Assembly: GCA_035260285.1 (NCBI GenBank)
Contig: DATFVP010000050.1
Location: 1-34,957 of the forward strand
Length of the DNA stretch: 34,957 nucleotides
Source: Methyloceanibacter sp.
GTDB taxonomy: Bacteria; Pseudomonadota; Alphaproteobacteria; Rhizobiales; Methyloligellaceae
Reading direction: 5' to 3'
The notes under the pieces are model-generated. The model worked only from the letters and a program-made list of their open reading frames with translations. It had not been told where the DNA came from and did no database searches. Below are positions 1-10,564 of the stretch, one piece after another (position 1 is the first letter of the stretch; every line of letters starts with the position of its first letter). A program made the position numbers and the translations under genes.

Positions 1-189
1 TACAGCACGGCCATCGAGCTCGACTCCGGCTATCGCGACGCTTACGCCAACCGTGCCGTGCTTTACGACCACAGGGGCGAAAAAGATCTGGCAATCGCCG
101 ATTACCGCGCCGCACTCGCCAAGAATCCCACCCCGCAAGACTGCAAGGATCTTGAAGCTGCATTGAGGCGTCTCGGCGCAGTCCCCTGA
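1..189 (+). CDS. 3' end of a tetratricopeptide-repeat (TPR) protein, partial (runs off the window start)
   Basis: Frame 1 is open from base 1: YSTAIELDSGYRDAYANRAVLYDHRGEKDLAIADYRAALAKNP...RRLGAVP, stop TGA 187-189. AY-NR / AIADY--A pattern is TPR-like. Not in the ORF track. Confidence 0.85.
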   Translation, partial: YSTAIELDSGYRDAYANRAVLYDHRGEKDLAIADYRAALAKNPTPQDCKDLEAALRRLGAVP

Positions 190-284
190 TTTCGCTCGAT
201 CGAGCGTGCCTGCAGCGGCCTGTCTCTATTCGCGACCCGTCTGGGTCTGGCATCATGACGGTTTCGCTAAGGGGGGAGATCGCC

Positions 285-583
285 ATGAACATCAAAAAGG
301 CAATCGCGGAATTCATTGGGACATTTGCGCTGGTGCTGATCGGCTGCGGCGCCGCGGTCATCGGCGGAATGGGAAGCGGCGCAACATCGATCGATATTCT
401 CAGCATCGCCGCGGCCTTTGGCCTCACCATCGTTGCGATGGGCGCTCGCTCGGGCCGGCGATCGTCGGCGCCGCGGCGAACCCGGAGAGGCTTGCGCAAG
501 TGTGGCTGTTCATCGTGGCTCCGCTGAGTGGCGCGGGTATCGCCGGCTATCTGTTCAAGTCCGGCATACTTGCGGCTGACGAC
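285..583 (+). pseudogene. aqpZ: Aquaporin Z (MIP family) pseudogene with a large internal deletion and frameshift
   Basis: GGGGGGAG RBS (271-278), then ATG 285: MNIKKAIAEFIGTFALVLIGCGAAV...AAAFGLTIVAM (TM1-TM2 of AqpZ). At about 441-443 it jumps, in another frame, to RSLGPAIV...LAQVWLFIVAPLSGAGIAGYLF (post-second-NPA loop and TM6). Both NPA motifs and TM3-TM5 are missing. Confidence 0.88.
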
Positions 584-675
584 GTTGTGCCCGATCGCTG
601 CGGCGGCGGACGCACTGAAGTTGCGCCTGGGCCTCTGCCCGCGCAAGCGGAAGTAAGTCGCACATTCACACGCGT

Positions 676-764
676 CGTCATGGCCGGGCTTGTCCCGGCC
701 ATCCACGCCTGTGATTTCCTAGCCAGAAATTTGTGGATGCCTGGGACTTGGCCCGGGCATGACG
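676..764. repeat. CGTC-tagged palindromic repeat dimer (alphaproteobacterial REP-like element)
   Basis: CGTCATGGCCGGGCTTGTCCCGGCCATCCACG ... GTGGATGCCTGGGACTTGGCCCGGGCATGACG: two hairpin units in inverted orientation with CGTC/GACG termini. Typical of Hyphomicrobiales intergenic repeats; lies between convergent genes. Confidence 0.85.
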
Positions 765-817
765 CGTTTTGAGCGTGCTGCCTAGCCGGCTCTGCTCCGC
801 GTTGGAGACGCGCGGAC

Positions 818-1243
818 TCACTCAGGCTCCGTTCGGCTCCATTTTGGCCGATCTCTCTCGTAGCGGTTCACGACGCTCGGGAACGCAGGCAGCCACGGGT
901 CTCGCCTGATGGTCCACAATTCGTAGGTTGGCTCCCACAAACCAGTCTCGTCGAATGAGCCGGGATAGACGTAGACCTCATCCGGCCGCGAATAATGAGA
1001 CCAGATTTGAGAGCCGCAAGCCGGACAGAAATATCGCCGCCCGTGCTCGGAGCTTGCCAACACATCGACTTGTCCCTCGATCGTCACCGCCTCGGGCGGG
1101 AATACGGCATAGAAGCTGAACGGCGCGCCGTGCAGCTTACGGCAGGTCAGGCAGTGACAGACACCGACGCGATAGGGCTCTCCCCTCGCCTCGACGCTTA
1201 CTCTGCCGCAGGCGCAGCCGCCTCTATGGACGCTGTTGGGCAT
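818..1243 (-). CDS. GFA (glutathione-dependent formaldehyde-activating / Mss4-like) family protein
   Basis: GGCACG...CHCLTCRK...RYFCPACGS zinc-ligand pattern. Start set at ATG 1243 (MPNSVHRGG), 16 bp after the pyrG stop, rather than at the overlapping 1294 start. Confidence 0.9.
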   Translation of the reverse strand: MPNSVHRGGCACGRVSVEARGEPYRVGVCHCLTCRKLHGAPFSFYAVFPPEAVTIEGQVDVLASSEHGRRYFCPACGSQIWSHYSRPDEVYVYPGSFDETGLWEPTYELWTIRRDPWLPAFPSVVNRYERDRPKWSRTEPE

Positions 1244-1259
1244 TCCGGATCGTAACCGA

Positions 1260-2987
<1,728 letters not shown>

Positions 2988-3046
2988 CTAATCCGCGCAT
3001 ATCGCGACAATTAACGCCCAATTATACTAAGGGAATCGCTGTTTCG

Positions 3047-3421
3047 CTATTTCGACTGCGGTGCTTGCGGCGCGGCTGGGGCCGCTGGAGCTGCCGGAGT
3101 CCCCGGTGCTGGAGGCGCCGACGGAAGCACGAGGCCTGGAAGCGAGCCCCCTCCACCCTGAACCGGGGTGCCAGCCTGGTTGAAGATCGAGGTCGGCGCG
3201 CTCGTGTTCCTCGCGATCAGCGTGAGCGACAGACTGGTGGCGAAGAACGCGGCTGCAAGCACCGCCGTGGTCTTGGTCAGAGCATTGCCGGCGCTCCGGC
3301 CGGTCATGAAACCGCCGCCGCCGCCAATGCCGAGCGCTCCGCCTTCGGAGCGCTGCAACAGCACCACGGCGATCAGCGCGATAGCGATCATGATGTGAAT
3401 AACGAGAAGCACTGTGGTCAT
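3047..3421 (-). CDS. secG: Preprotein translocase subunit SecG
   Basis: VLLQRSEGGALGIGGGGGFMTGRSAGNALTKTTAVLAAAFF; two TM segments and a Pro/Ala-rich tail; tpiA-secG-pyrG synteny. Confidence 0.97.
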   Translation of the reverse strand: MTTVLLVIHIMIAIALIAVVLLQRSEGGALGIGGGGGFMTGRSAGNALTKTTAVLAAAFFATSLSLTLIARNTSAPTSIFNQAGTPVQGGGGSLPGLVLPSAPPAPGTPAAPAAPAAPQAPQSK

Positions 3422-3879
3422 CTGGTAGCCTTCGATTTGCCAGGCGGTGTCTTATCCGAATCAGCTACCGCTTGGCTAGGCTTGCCGTCGCCGCTCTCTG
3501 CCGCAGGCATTGTGGGTTTCCGGTCGGGAAGCGGCATGGTTTTGCCATTCTCGGGCGCGGTCGTGGCTTTCTCGGGCGCGGCATCGTTGGATTTTGCCGG
3601 AACTTTAGCAACCCCGCCGCCACGGCAGCGGAACTGAATCTGCTCCTCCACGCTCAAAAAGTGCCTGACGCGGTCGATCGCCTCGTCATTCAGATGGTCC
3701 TTGACCCAATCGGGTCCCTGGTCGAGAGCGGCCTGCATGTCGCGGGTCAGGAGCTTCTTCCGCTCGATCTGCAGATTGGCGCAGCTTTCCTTGTCGAGTG
3801 GCTCGGCGATGGCCACTGCGCCGGCGAGGAGCGCCGCCGCGAACACCAGACCTGCCAAAGCTTGCGGGCGCAGCAGCAC
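3418..3879 (-). CDS. Hypothetical exported protein (signal peptide, two Cys, low-complexity tail)
   Basis: GTG start overlaps the tpiA stop (TAGTG) and its stop overlaps the secG start (ATGA). Hydrophobic N-terminus ending AIA-EP; C...C-bracketed helical core. Confidence 0.8.
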   Translation of the reverse strand: MLLRPQALAGLVFAAALLAGAVAIAEPLDKESCANLQIERKKLLTRDMQAALDQGPDWVKDHLNDEAIDRVRHFLSVEEQIQFRCRGGGVAKVPAKSNDAAPEKATTAPENGKTMPLPDRKPTMPAAESGDGKPSQAVADSDKTPPGKSKATR

Positions 3880-4655
3880 TATCGACCTCGACCGCGAGTC
3901 CCCGAATAAGCCGATAGAATAGCATAGAAATCGGTAGCTTTAAGGCTTGCCCCGCCGACCAGCGCGCCATTTACATTCGGCACGGTCAGAAGCTCGCGGG
4001 CGTTACTGGGCTTTACCGAGCCGCCATAAAGGATGCGCATTGCGCTCCCCTCGCCTGCAAGCTCATCACCGAGGCGGCCGCGAACAAAGGCATGAACCGC
4101 CGCCACGTCCTCAGGCGTGGGCGTCCAGCCGGTTCCAATCGCCCAGACCGGCTCATAGGCAATGATGGTGTTCGCTGCGGTGGCAGCCGGCGGCAGTGAG
4201 CCGTCGAGCTGTCGCCCCACGATGTCGAGGGTTGCACCATCCCGCCGCTCGCGCCCCGTCTCGCCAATGCAGATGATGGCGGCGAGCCCGGCCCGATGAG
4301 CCGCCGCGGCCTTTTGGGAAACGACGGCATCGGTCTCGCCATGATCAGTGCGCCGCTCGGAATGGCCGACGATCACGGCCTTGGCGCCGGCGTCGGCTAG
4401 CATCTCGGCGGAAAGGTCTCCGGTGTGGGGCCCCTGCGAGTCGAAGTGGCAATCCTGGGCGCCGAGCAGGATGTCGCTCTTGGAGAGGAAATACCTCGCC
4501 TGCGCGAGGAGCGTCGCCGGCGGGCAGATCATGATGTCGGCCTCCGGCCGCGGCTCCATCGCCAGGAGGTCCTGCAGCGACTTGACCTCGGCGAGGTCTG
4601 CCGTGAGCCCATGCATCTTCCAGTTGCCGGCGACTAGCGGCCTGATTGCGGTCAC
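3879..4655 (-). CDS. tpiA: Triosephosphate isomerase
   Basis: [43 protein letters not shown] start at 4655 with GAGGGTGG RBS. Confidence 0.99.
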   Translation of the reverse strand: MTAIRPLVAGNWKMHGLTADLAEVKSLQDLLAMEPRPEADIMICPPATLLAQARYFLSKSDILLGAQDCHFDSQGPHTGDLSAEMLADAGAKAVIVGHSERRTDHGETDAVVSQKAAAAHRAGLAAIICIGETGRERRDGATLDIVGRQLDGSLPPAATAANTIIAYEPVWAIGTGWTPTPEDVAAVHAFVRGRLGDELAGEGSAMRILYGGSVKPSNARELLTVPNVNGALVGGASLKATDFYAILSAYSGTRGRGR

Positions 4656-4749
4656 CGTGCTGCCACCCTCTTTTACCTCGCCGTTCCACCCTTGCCGGCA
4701 AGCCGTTGGTGCTTGCGGCAAGCCCTTGTGTAGCCTAGAGAACGGTGCC

Positions 4750-4778
4750 TTGCCGCCTTACGTCCTGCTACCTATGAT
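4750..4778 (+). promoter_or_regulatory. Putative sigma70 promoter of the ppiD-trpE-sixA unit
   Basis: TTGCCG-17 nt-TATGAT in the divergent tpiA/ppiD spacer. Confidence 0.65.
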
Positions 4779-4859
4779 GCGCGCGCCGCGCGAGCAATCG
4801 CCAAAGATTGACCCCTCGGCGCGGCGATTGCAAACAGCCAAAAAGAAGGTCTCTCAAGC

Positions 4860-6758
4860 GTGATACTCGAAACCTTGCGAAAAGGAGCAGGCCGCGCGTT
4901 CGGCATGGTCCTGATGGGCATGCTGGTCATCAGCTTCGCCATTTGGGGAATTGCCGACATTTTCCGCGGGTATGGCAGCCAGACCCTGATTAAAGTTGGC
5001 GATACCGAGATCACGCCTCAGGAATATTCGCGCACGCAACGCGACGTGCTGCGCGCAATGAGCTCGGATGCCGGCCGCACCCTCTCGGTGCAGGAGGCCC
5101 ACGAGGCAGGGCTAGAGAACCGCGTGCTGGAGCGGCTGATCGGCGGCGCTGCCGTCGATACCCATGCCAAGAGCCTGCACCTCGGCGTCAGCGACGAGGC
5201 GCTGCTGCAAGGCATCATGAAGGATCCGGCCTTTCAAGACTCGACCGGCAATTTCAATCCAATCGCCCTGCAGCAGGCACTGCGCACACTCGACATGAGC
5301 GAGCAGGGCTATCTCGCCTCAGAACGTGAGCGCAATCTGCGGCGCCAATTGTTGAGCACCGTCGGCAAGACGCCGGCAGCGTCCCAGGTGTTCCTCAATG
5401 CGCTCAACAACTACAACAATGAAACGCGCATCCTGCGCTATGTGATCGTCCCGGCCACCGCCGCAGGAGCGGTGCCCGAGCCCACCGATGCGGATTTGAA
5501 ACGCTTCTACGACAACCACCAGGCCAAGGTCACCCAGCCAGAATTTCGCAAGATCGGTGTTCTGGCGGTGACACCGGAATCGGTGAAGGACCAAGTAAAG
5601 ATCACCGACGAGGATCTGAAGGCGGCGTTCGACAAGGAGAAGGACAAGCTCGGGGCGCCTGAACGCAGGCACGTTCAGCAGATCGCCTTTCCCGACAAGG
5701 CTGCAGCCGAGGCGGCCTATCAGAAGGTCCAGTCAGGAACGGACTTCGTCGCCCTCGCCAAGGAGCTTGGGCAAAGCGAAGCTGATATCGACCTCGGGCT
5801 GTTGAAGCGATCGGAGATGGCCGACGCTACGATCGGCGATGCCGCCTTCAAAATGGAAAAGGACAAAGTGAGCGAGCCGATCACCGGGCAGCTCGGCAAG
5901 ACTGTGTTGCTGCGGGTCACGGCAATCGAGCCTGGCAAGGTCGTGACCTTCGAGGAGGCCAAGCCGGATCTGGAGAAAAAGTTCCTCAAGGATCGGGCGC
6001 AAGGCGCCATATTCGATCTGCACGACAAGATCGAAGATGAGCGGGCGGCGGGAACGCAGCTCTCGGAGGTCGCTGGCAAATTCAAGCTTAACTATCAGGT
6101 GTTCGATCAGGTCGATCGCCAGGGCAAGACACCTGACGGCAAGATGGTGGACCTGCCGCAGAAGACCGATCTCTTGAATGCGGTGTTCGCCACAGAGGTT
6201 GGCGTCGAGAACGATCCGCTCGACGCCAAGGAGGAGGGTTTGATCTGGTACGAAGTGTTGGGCATCACGCCGCAGCAGCTCAAGCCGTTTGACCAGGTGA
6301 AGGACGAGGTGAAGAAGGACTGGAGCCTCGAAGAGCAGCGCACGCGACTTGCCAAATACACCGATGACCTGGTGAAGCAGCTGCAGGCCGGCAAGACTCT
6401 CGAAGACCTCGCCAAGGAATTGAACACGCAGGTTTTGCCGACCGAGCCGTTGAAGCGAAACGGCATAACGGTGAACGTGCTGCCGGCTGCCGTGACGCAA
6501 GCCTTCGCCCTGGGGCAAGGCGGATATGGTTCAGCCCCCTCGGGCGTGGACGAGGGCCGCATCGTGTTCCAGGTGGACAAGGTCAACCCCGCTCCCCCGC
6601 TCGATCCTCCGAGCCTCGATGCCTTGAAGCGTCAGCTCAAGGTCTTTGTCGGCGAGGACATCATCGGAGAATATTTCTCGGCGCTCGAGGCGCGCTACGG
6701 CGTGACCATCAACCGGCAGGCGCTCGCCAAGCTCGCAGGTGGCAGCGAAGAGCAATGA
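4860..6758 (+). CDS. ppiD: PpiD-like periplasmic folding chaperone (N-terminal TM, SurA-N domain, parvulin domain)
   Basis: ISFAIWGIADIF membrane anchor, 632 aa, PERRHVQQI...DFVALAKE...DLG rotamase-like region; usual location between tpiA and trp genes. Confidence 0.9.
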   Translation: MILETLRKGAGRAFGMVLMGMLVISFAIWGIADIFRGYGSQTLIKVGDTEITPQEYSRTQRDVLRAMSSDAGRTLSVQEAHEAGLENRVLERLIGGAAVDTHAKSLHLGVSDEALLQGIMKDPAFQDSTGNFNPIALQQALRTLDMSEQGYLASERERNLRRQLLSTVGKTPAASQVFLNALNNYNNETRILRYVIVPATAAGAVPEPTDADLKRFYDNHQAKVTQPEFRKIGVLAVTPESVKDQVKITDEDLKAAFDKEKDKLGAPERRHVQQIAFPDKAAAEAAYQKVQSGTDFVALAKELGQSEADIDLGLLKRSEMADATIGDAAFKMEKDKVSEPITGQLGKTVLLRVTAIEPGKVVTFEEAKPDLEKKFLKDRAQGAIFDLHDKIEDERAAGTQLSEVAGKFKLNYQVFDQVDRQGKTPDGKMVDLPQKTDLLNAVFATEVGVENDPLDAKEEGLIWYEVLGITPQQLKPFDQVKDEVKKDWSLEEQRTRLAKYTDDLVKQLQAGKTLEDLAKELNTQVLPTEPLKRNGITVNVLPAAVTQAFALGQGGYGSAPSGVDEGRIVFQVDKVNPAPPLDPPSLDALKRQLKVFVGEDIIGEYFSALEARYGVTINRQALAKLAGGSEEQ

Positions 6759-8320
6759 GCCCTGCTCAGGCCACCTCCGTCACGCCTCTACCGCAACAAG
6801 GTGGCGCTCCGATCGAGCCCGACTTCGCGACCTTCGCCCGCCTCTATGATGCTGGCACCCCGCAGGTAGCCTGGACACGGCTCGTTGCCGATCTCGAGAC
6901 GCCGGTCTCGGCCATGCTCAAGCTCGCCCACGAGCGTCCGAACAGCTTCCTGCTCGAATCGGTGGAAGGAGGGGCTACCCGCGGCCGCTACTCCATCATC
7001 GGCTGCGAGCCCGATCTGATCTTGCGGGCGAAAGGCGCTCGAGCCGAGCTGAACCGGGCGCCGCAGGCAGACGCCTCGGCCTTCGCCCCATCGCCGCTGC
7101 CGACCCTTCAGTCGCTGCGCGCGTTACTGACAGAGTCGGCGATCAGGCTTCCACCGGAGCTGCCGCCGATGGCCGCCGGCATCTTCGGCTACATGGGCTA
7201 CGACACGGTGAGGCTGATCGAGCATCTGCCTGAGACCAAGCCGGACGAGCTTGGCCTGCCCGACAGCATTCTCGTGAGGCCGACGCTCATCGTCATCTTC
7301 GACACGGTAAAGGACGAGATGACCGTGGTGACGCCGGTCAGGCCGACGCCTGGGGTCAGCGCCAAGGCGGCCTATAGCCGAGCGGCGGATCGCTTGAATG
7401 TGGTGATCGAACGTCTCGACCAGCCTCTGCCGCATGTGAGCGATCTCGAAGCCGAGGCCGCGCATCCTGAGCCGAAGCCCAGCGTGGCGCCTGCGGCCTA
7501 TATGGAGAAGGTCGCGCGCGCCAAGGAGTACATAGCCGCGGGAGATATTTTCCAGGTGGTCTTGAGCCAACGCTTCGAGGCGCCGTTCACGCTCCCCTCC
7601 TTCTCGCTCTACCGGGCGCTTAGGCGCGTCAATCCCTCGCCCTTTCTTTACTACCTCAATTTCGACGGCTTCGCCGTGGCCGGCTCGAGCCCCGAAATCC
7701 TGGTGCGGGTGCGCGACGGCATCGTCACCATCCGCCCGATCGCCGGCACGCGGCCGCGCGGGGCAACGCCGGAACAGGACAAGGCCTTGGCCAGCGAGCT
7801 TCTCGCCGACGCCAAGGAACGCGCCGAGCATCTCATGCTGCTTGACCTTGGGCGCAACGATGTGGGACGCGTGGCTGAAGTCGGCAGCGTGCGCGTCACC
7901 GACTCTTTTTTCCTCGAATTTTACAGCCAGGTGATGCACATCGTGTCGAATGTTGAGGGCCGGCTCGATCCACGCTTCGATTCCATCGACGCGCTAATGG
8001 CGGGTTTTCCCGCAGGCACCGTCTCGGGCGCGCCGAAGGTGCGGGCCATGGAGATCATCGACGAGTTGGAGGAATCAAAGCGCGGGCCTTACGCGGGTTG
8101 CGTCGGCTATTTCTCCGCCAATGGCGAGATGGATTCCTGCATCGTGCTTCGAACCTCGGTGGTGAAGGACGGCGTCATGTACGTTCAGGCCGGGGCCGGC
8201 GTGGTCGCGGACTCGGTTCCTGAACGCGAGCAGGCCGAATGCGTGAGCAAGGCCTTAGCCCTGTTCCGGGCAGCAGAGGAAGCCGTGCGCTTCGCCGCGC
8301 GCGCCAAGCGGGGTCAATAG
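6755..8320 (+). CDS. trpE: Anthranilate synthase component I
   Basis: FLLESVEGG, GDIFQVVLSQR, NPSPF, PIAGTR, KERAEHLMLLDLGRND, FPAGTVSGAPK; ATGA overlap with ppiD. Confidence 0.98.
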   Translation: MSPAQATSVTPLPQQGGAPIEPDFATFARLYDAGTPQVAWTRLVADLETPVSAMLKLAHERPNSFLLESVEGGATRGRYSIIGCEPDLILRAKGARAELNRAPQADASAFAPSPLPTLQSLRALLTESAIRLPPELPPMAAGIFGYMGYDTVRLIEHLPETKPDELGLPDSILVRPTLIVIFDTVKDEMTVVTPVRPTPGVSAKAAYSRAADRLNVVIERLDQPLPHVSDLEAEAAHPEPKPSVAPAAYMEKVARAKEYIAAGDIFQVVLSQRFEAPFTLPSFSLYRALRRVNPSPFLYYLNFDGFAVAGSSPEILVRVRDGIVTIRPIAGTRPRGATPEQDKALASELLADAKERAEHLMLLDLGRNDVGRVAEVGSVRVTDSFFLEFYSQVMHIVSNVEGRLDPRFDSIDALMAGFPAGTVSGAPKVRAMEIIDELEESKRGPYAGCVGYFSANGEMDSCIVLRTSVVKDGVMYVQAGAGVVADSVPEREQAECVSKALALFRAAEEAVRFAARAKRGQ

Positions 8321-8332
8321 CTCTCCACCGCC

Positions 8333-8854
8333 ATGCTCACCTTGAGCCTCCTCCGTCACGCGAAATCGAGCTGGAAGGATCCGAACCTCGCCGATCACGA
8401 GCGTCCGCTCAACACCAGAGGCATGGCCGAGGCGCCGTTGATGGGCAAGGCCATGGCGAAGCACGGACTGGATCCGGACCTCGTGCTCTGCTCCACGGCG
8501 CGGCGGACGCGGGACACGCTTGCCCTCGTTTTGCCGGAACTGAAAACCGAGCCAAAGGTGATCTATGAAGACGGCCTTTATCACGGGACGCCTGCCGAGA
8601 TACTCGGCATCATGCACGAGGTTGGCGCCGGGGCCGGTCGGGTCCTGCTCGTCGGGCACAATCCTGAGCTTCAGGAATTTGCTCTCGACCTGATCGGCTC
8701 GGGTCCTAAGCTTCTCAAGGATCGCCTCGAGGCCAAGTACCCGACCGCAGGTCTCGTTGTGGTGCGCTTTCCTGCTGGCGCCTGGAAGGACGTCGCTATC
8801 AACAGCGGCAAGCTCGAGCTGTTCCTGACTCCAAGCGACGTGAAGAAGAGCTGA
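8333..8854 (+). CDS. sixA: SixA-like histidine phosphatase
   Basis: LLRHAKSSW, DHERPL, CSTARRTRDT, LLVGHNP, YPTAG motifs. Confidence 0.9.
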   Translation: MLTLSLLRHAKSSWKDPNLADHERPLNTRGMAEAPLMGKAMAKHGLDPDLVLCSTARRTRDTLALVLPELKTEPKVIYEDGLYHGTPAEILGIMHEVGAGAGRVLLVGHNPELQEFALDLIGSGPKLLKDRLEAKYPTAGLVVVRFPAGAWKDVAINSGKLELFLTPSDVKKS

Positions 8855-8859
8855 CAAAC

Positions 8860-8889
8860 TTGACGGCGCGCGGGAAGCGGGCGTAACAC
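8860..8889 (+). promoter_or_regulatory. Putative internal promoter for a leaderless trpG
   Basis: TTGACG-18 nt-TAACAC-GGCGCCC-ATG; no SD before trpG. Confidence 0.55.
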
Positions 8890-8896
8890 GGCGCCC

Positions 8897-9517
8897 ATGC
8901 TGACGCTGATCGACAACTACGACAGCTTTACCTACAACCTCGTGCATTTCCTCGGGGAATTGGGCGCGCCGGCGCGCGTCTATCGCAACGACAAGATCAC
9001 CGTCGACGAGGTTCTGGCCGAGGCGCCCGAGGCCATCGTGCTGTCGCCAGGCCCTTGCGACCCCGATCGGGCTGGCATCTGCCTCGAACTCATCGCCCGC
9101 GCCGGACCGGAGGTGCCGATCCTCGGCGTTTGCCTCGGCCACCAGGCGATCGGCCAGGTCTACGGCGGCCGCGTGGTGCGGGCGCCAACGCTCATGCACG
9201 GCAAGCTCTCCAAAGTGCATCACAGCGGCAAGGGTGTATTTGCCGGCCTCCCGCAGGACTTTTCAGCCACGCGCTACCACTCCCTCGTCGTCGAGCGGGC
9301 GAGCCTGCCAGAGGTGCTAAACATCACGGCTGAGACCGCAGACGGCGTCATCATGGGCGTGCAGCACAAGCGCTATCCCGTTCACGGCGTGCAGTTCCAC
9401 CCCGAGAGCATAGCGTCAGAGCACGGGCATCAGCTCCTCGCCAACTTCCTAGATCTTGCCAGGGTGGAGCGGCGCGCGAGAGCGTCGAGCCCAAGAGAAG
9501 CGGTCGGTGCCCTCTGA
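8897..9517 (+). CDS. trpG: Anthranilate synthase component II (glutamine amidotransferase)
   Basis: [36 protein letters not shown]. Confidence 0.98.
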   Translation: MLTLIDNYDSFTYNLVHFLGELGAPARVYRNDKITVDEVLAEAPEAIVLSPGPCDPDRAGICLELIARAGPEVPILGVCLGHQAIGQVYGGRVVRAPTLMHGKLSKVHHSGKGVFAGLPQDFSATRYHSLVVERASLPEVLNITAETADGVIMGVQHKRYPVHGVQFHPESIASEHGHQLLANFLDLARVERRARASSPREAVGAL

Positions 9518-10562
9518 TCCCGCGCTGGCACGGACAGCGGTCCTCGCCGATCTGCGGGGAGCGATCGCCAAGGTCGCCGCAGGCAATAGTCTCAGCCAGG
9601 AAGAAGCAGCCGAAGCCTTCGATCTCGTGATGTCTGGCGCGGCGACGCCAGCGCAGATCGGCGCGCTCGTGATGGGACTTCGGGTCCGCGGCGAGACCGT
9701 CGACGAGATCGCAGGAGCCGCCCGCGCGATGCGCGCCAAGGTGCTGACCGTGCGCGCGCCTGAAGGTGCCATCGACACTTGCGGCACCGGCGGCGACGGC
9801 AAGGGCACGTTCAACATCTCGACCTGCGCAGCCTTCGTGGTGGCGGGCGCCGGTGTGCCGGTGGCGAAGCACGGCAACCGGGCGATCTCCTCGCGCTCGG
9901 GCTCTGCCGACGTGCTCAAAGAGCTCGGCGTGAATATCGAGGCGTCGCCCGAGACCATCTCGCGCTGCATTGCCGAATGCGGGCTCGGTTTCATGTTCGC
10001 GCCGGCGCATCACGCCGCCATGCGCCACGTGGCGCAAGTGAGAACCGAGCTCGGGACGCGCACCATCTTCAATCTGCTCGGGCCCCTCGCCAATCCGGCC
10101 GGTACCAAATATCAGGTCGTCGGCGTGTTCGGGAAGGAGTGGGTCGAGCCGATCGCGCAGGTGCTTGCGCTGCTCGGAACTGAGCGGGCCTGGGTGGTCC
10201 ATGGCAGCGACGGGCTCGACGAGCTCACCACCACCGGGATCAGCGACGTTGCCGTGGTGGACATGGGCAAGGTCTCGACCTTTAGGATTTCGCCGCGCAA
10301 TGCCGGACTGCCTGATGCCAGGCCCGAAGATCTCACCGGCGGCAATGCTGTCGAGAACGCCGCGCATATCCGCGCCGTGCTTGGCGGCTTCAAAGGCCCG
10401 CTCCGCGATGTCGTGATGCTGAACGCTGCCGCGGCGCTGCTCGTTGCCGGCAAGGCGAACACGCTGCGCGAGAGCGTCGCATTGGCAGCGCAGTCGATTG
10501 ACAGCGGCAAGGCTTTGGCTGTTCTCGAGGCGCTCGTACGGCTCAGCCGTGGTAAGGTCTGA
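9507..10562 (+). CDS. trpD: Anthranilate phosphoribosyltransferase
   Basis: [38 protein letters not shown]. Start uncertain; in-frame GTG 9507 chosen. Confidence 0.97.
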   Translation: MPSDPALARTAVLADLRGAIAKVAAGNSLSQEEAAEAFDLVMSGAATPAQIGALVMGLRVRGETVDEIAGAARAMRAKVLTVRAPEGAIDTCGTGGDGKGTFNISTCAAFVVAGAGVPVAKHGNRAISSRSGSADVLKELGVNIEASPETISRCIAECGLGFMFAPAHHAAMRHVAQVRTELGTRTIFNLLGPLANPAGTKYQVVGVFGKEWVEPIAQVLALLGTERAWVVHGSDGLDELTTTGISDVAVVDMGKVSTFRISPRNAGLPDARPEDLTGGNAVENAAHIRAVLGGFKGPLRDVVMLNAAAALLVAGKANTLRESVALAAQSIDSGKALAVLEALVRLSRGKV

Positions 10563-10564
10563 CT

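Noticed and set aside
206-772. 188-aa ORF
   Set aside because: A composite of non-coding frame, the aqpZ 3' remnant and a translated palindromic repeat; not a coherent protein.
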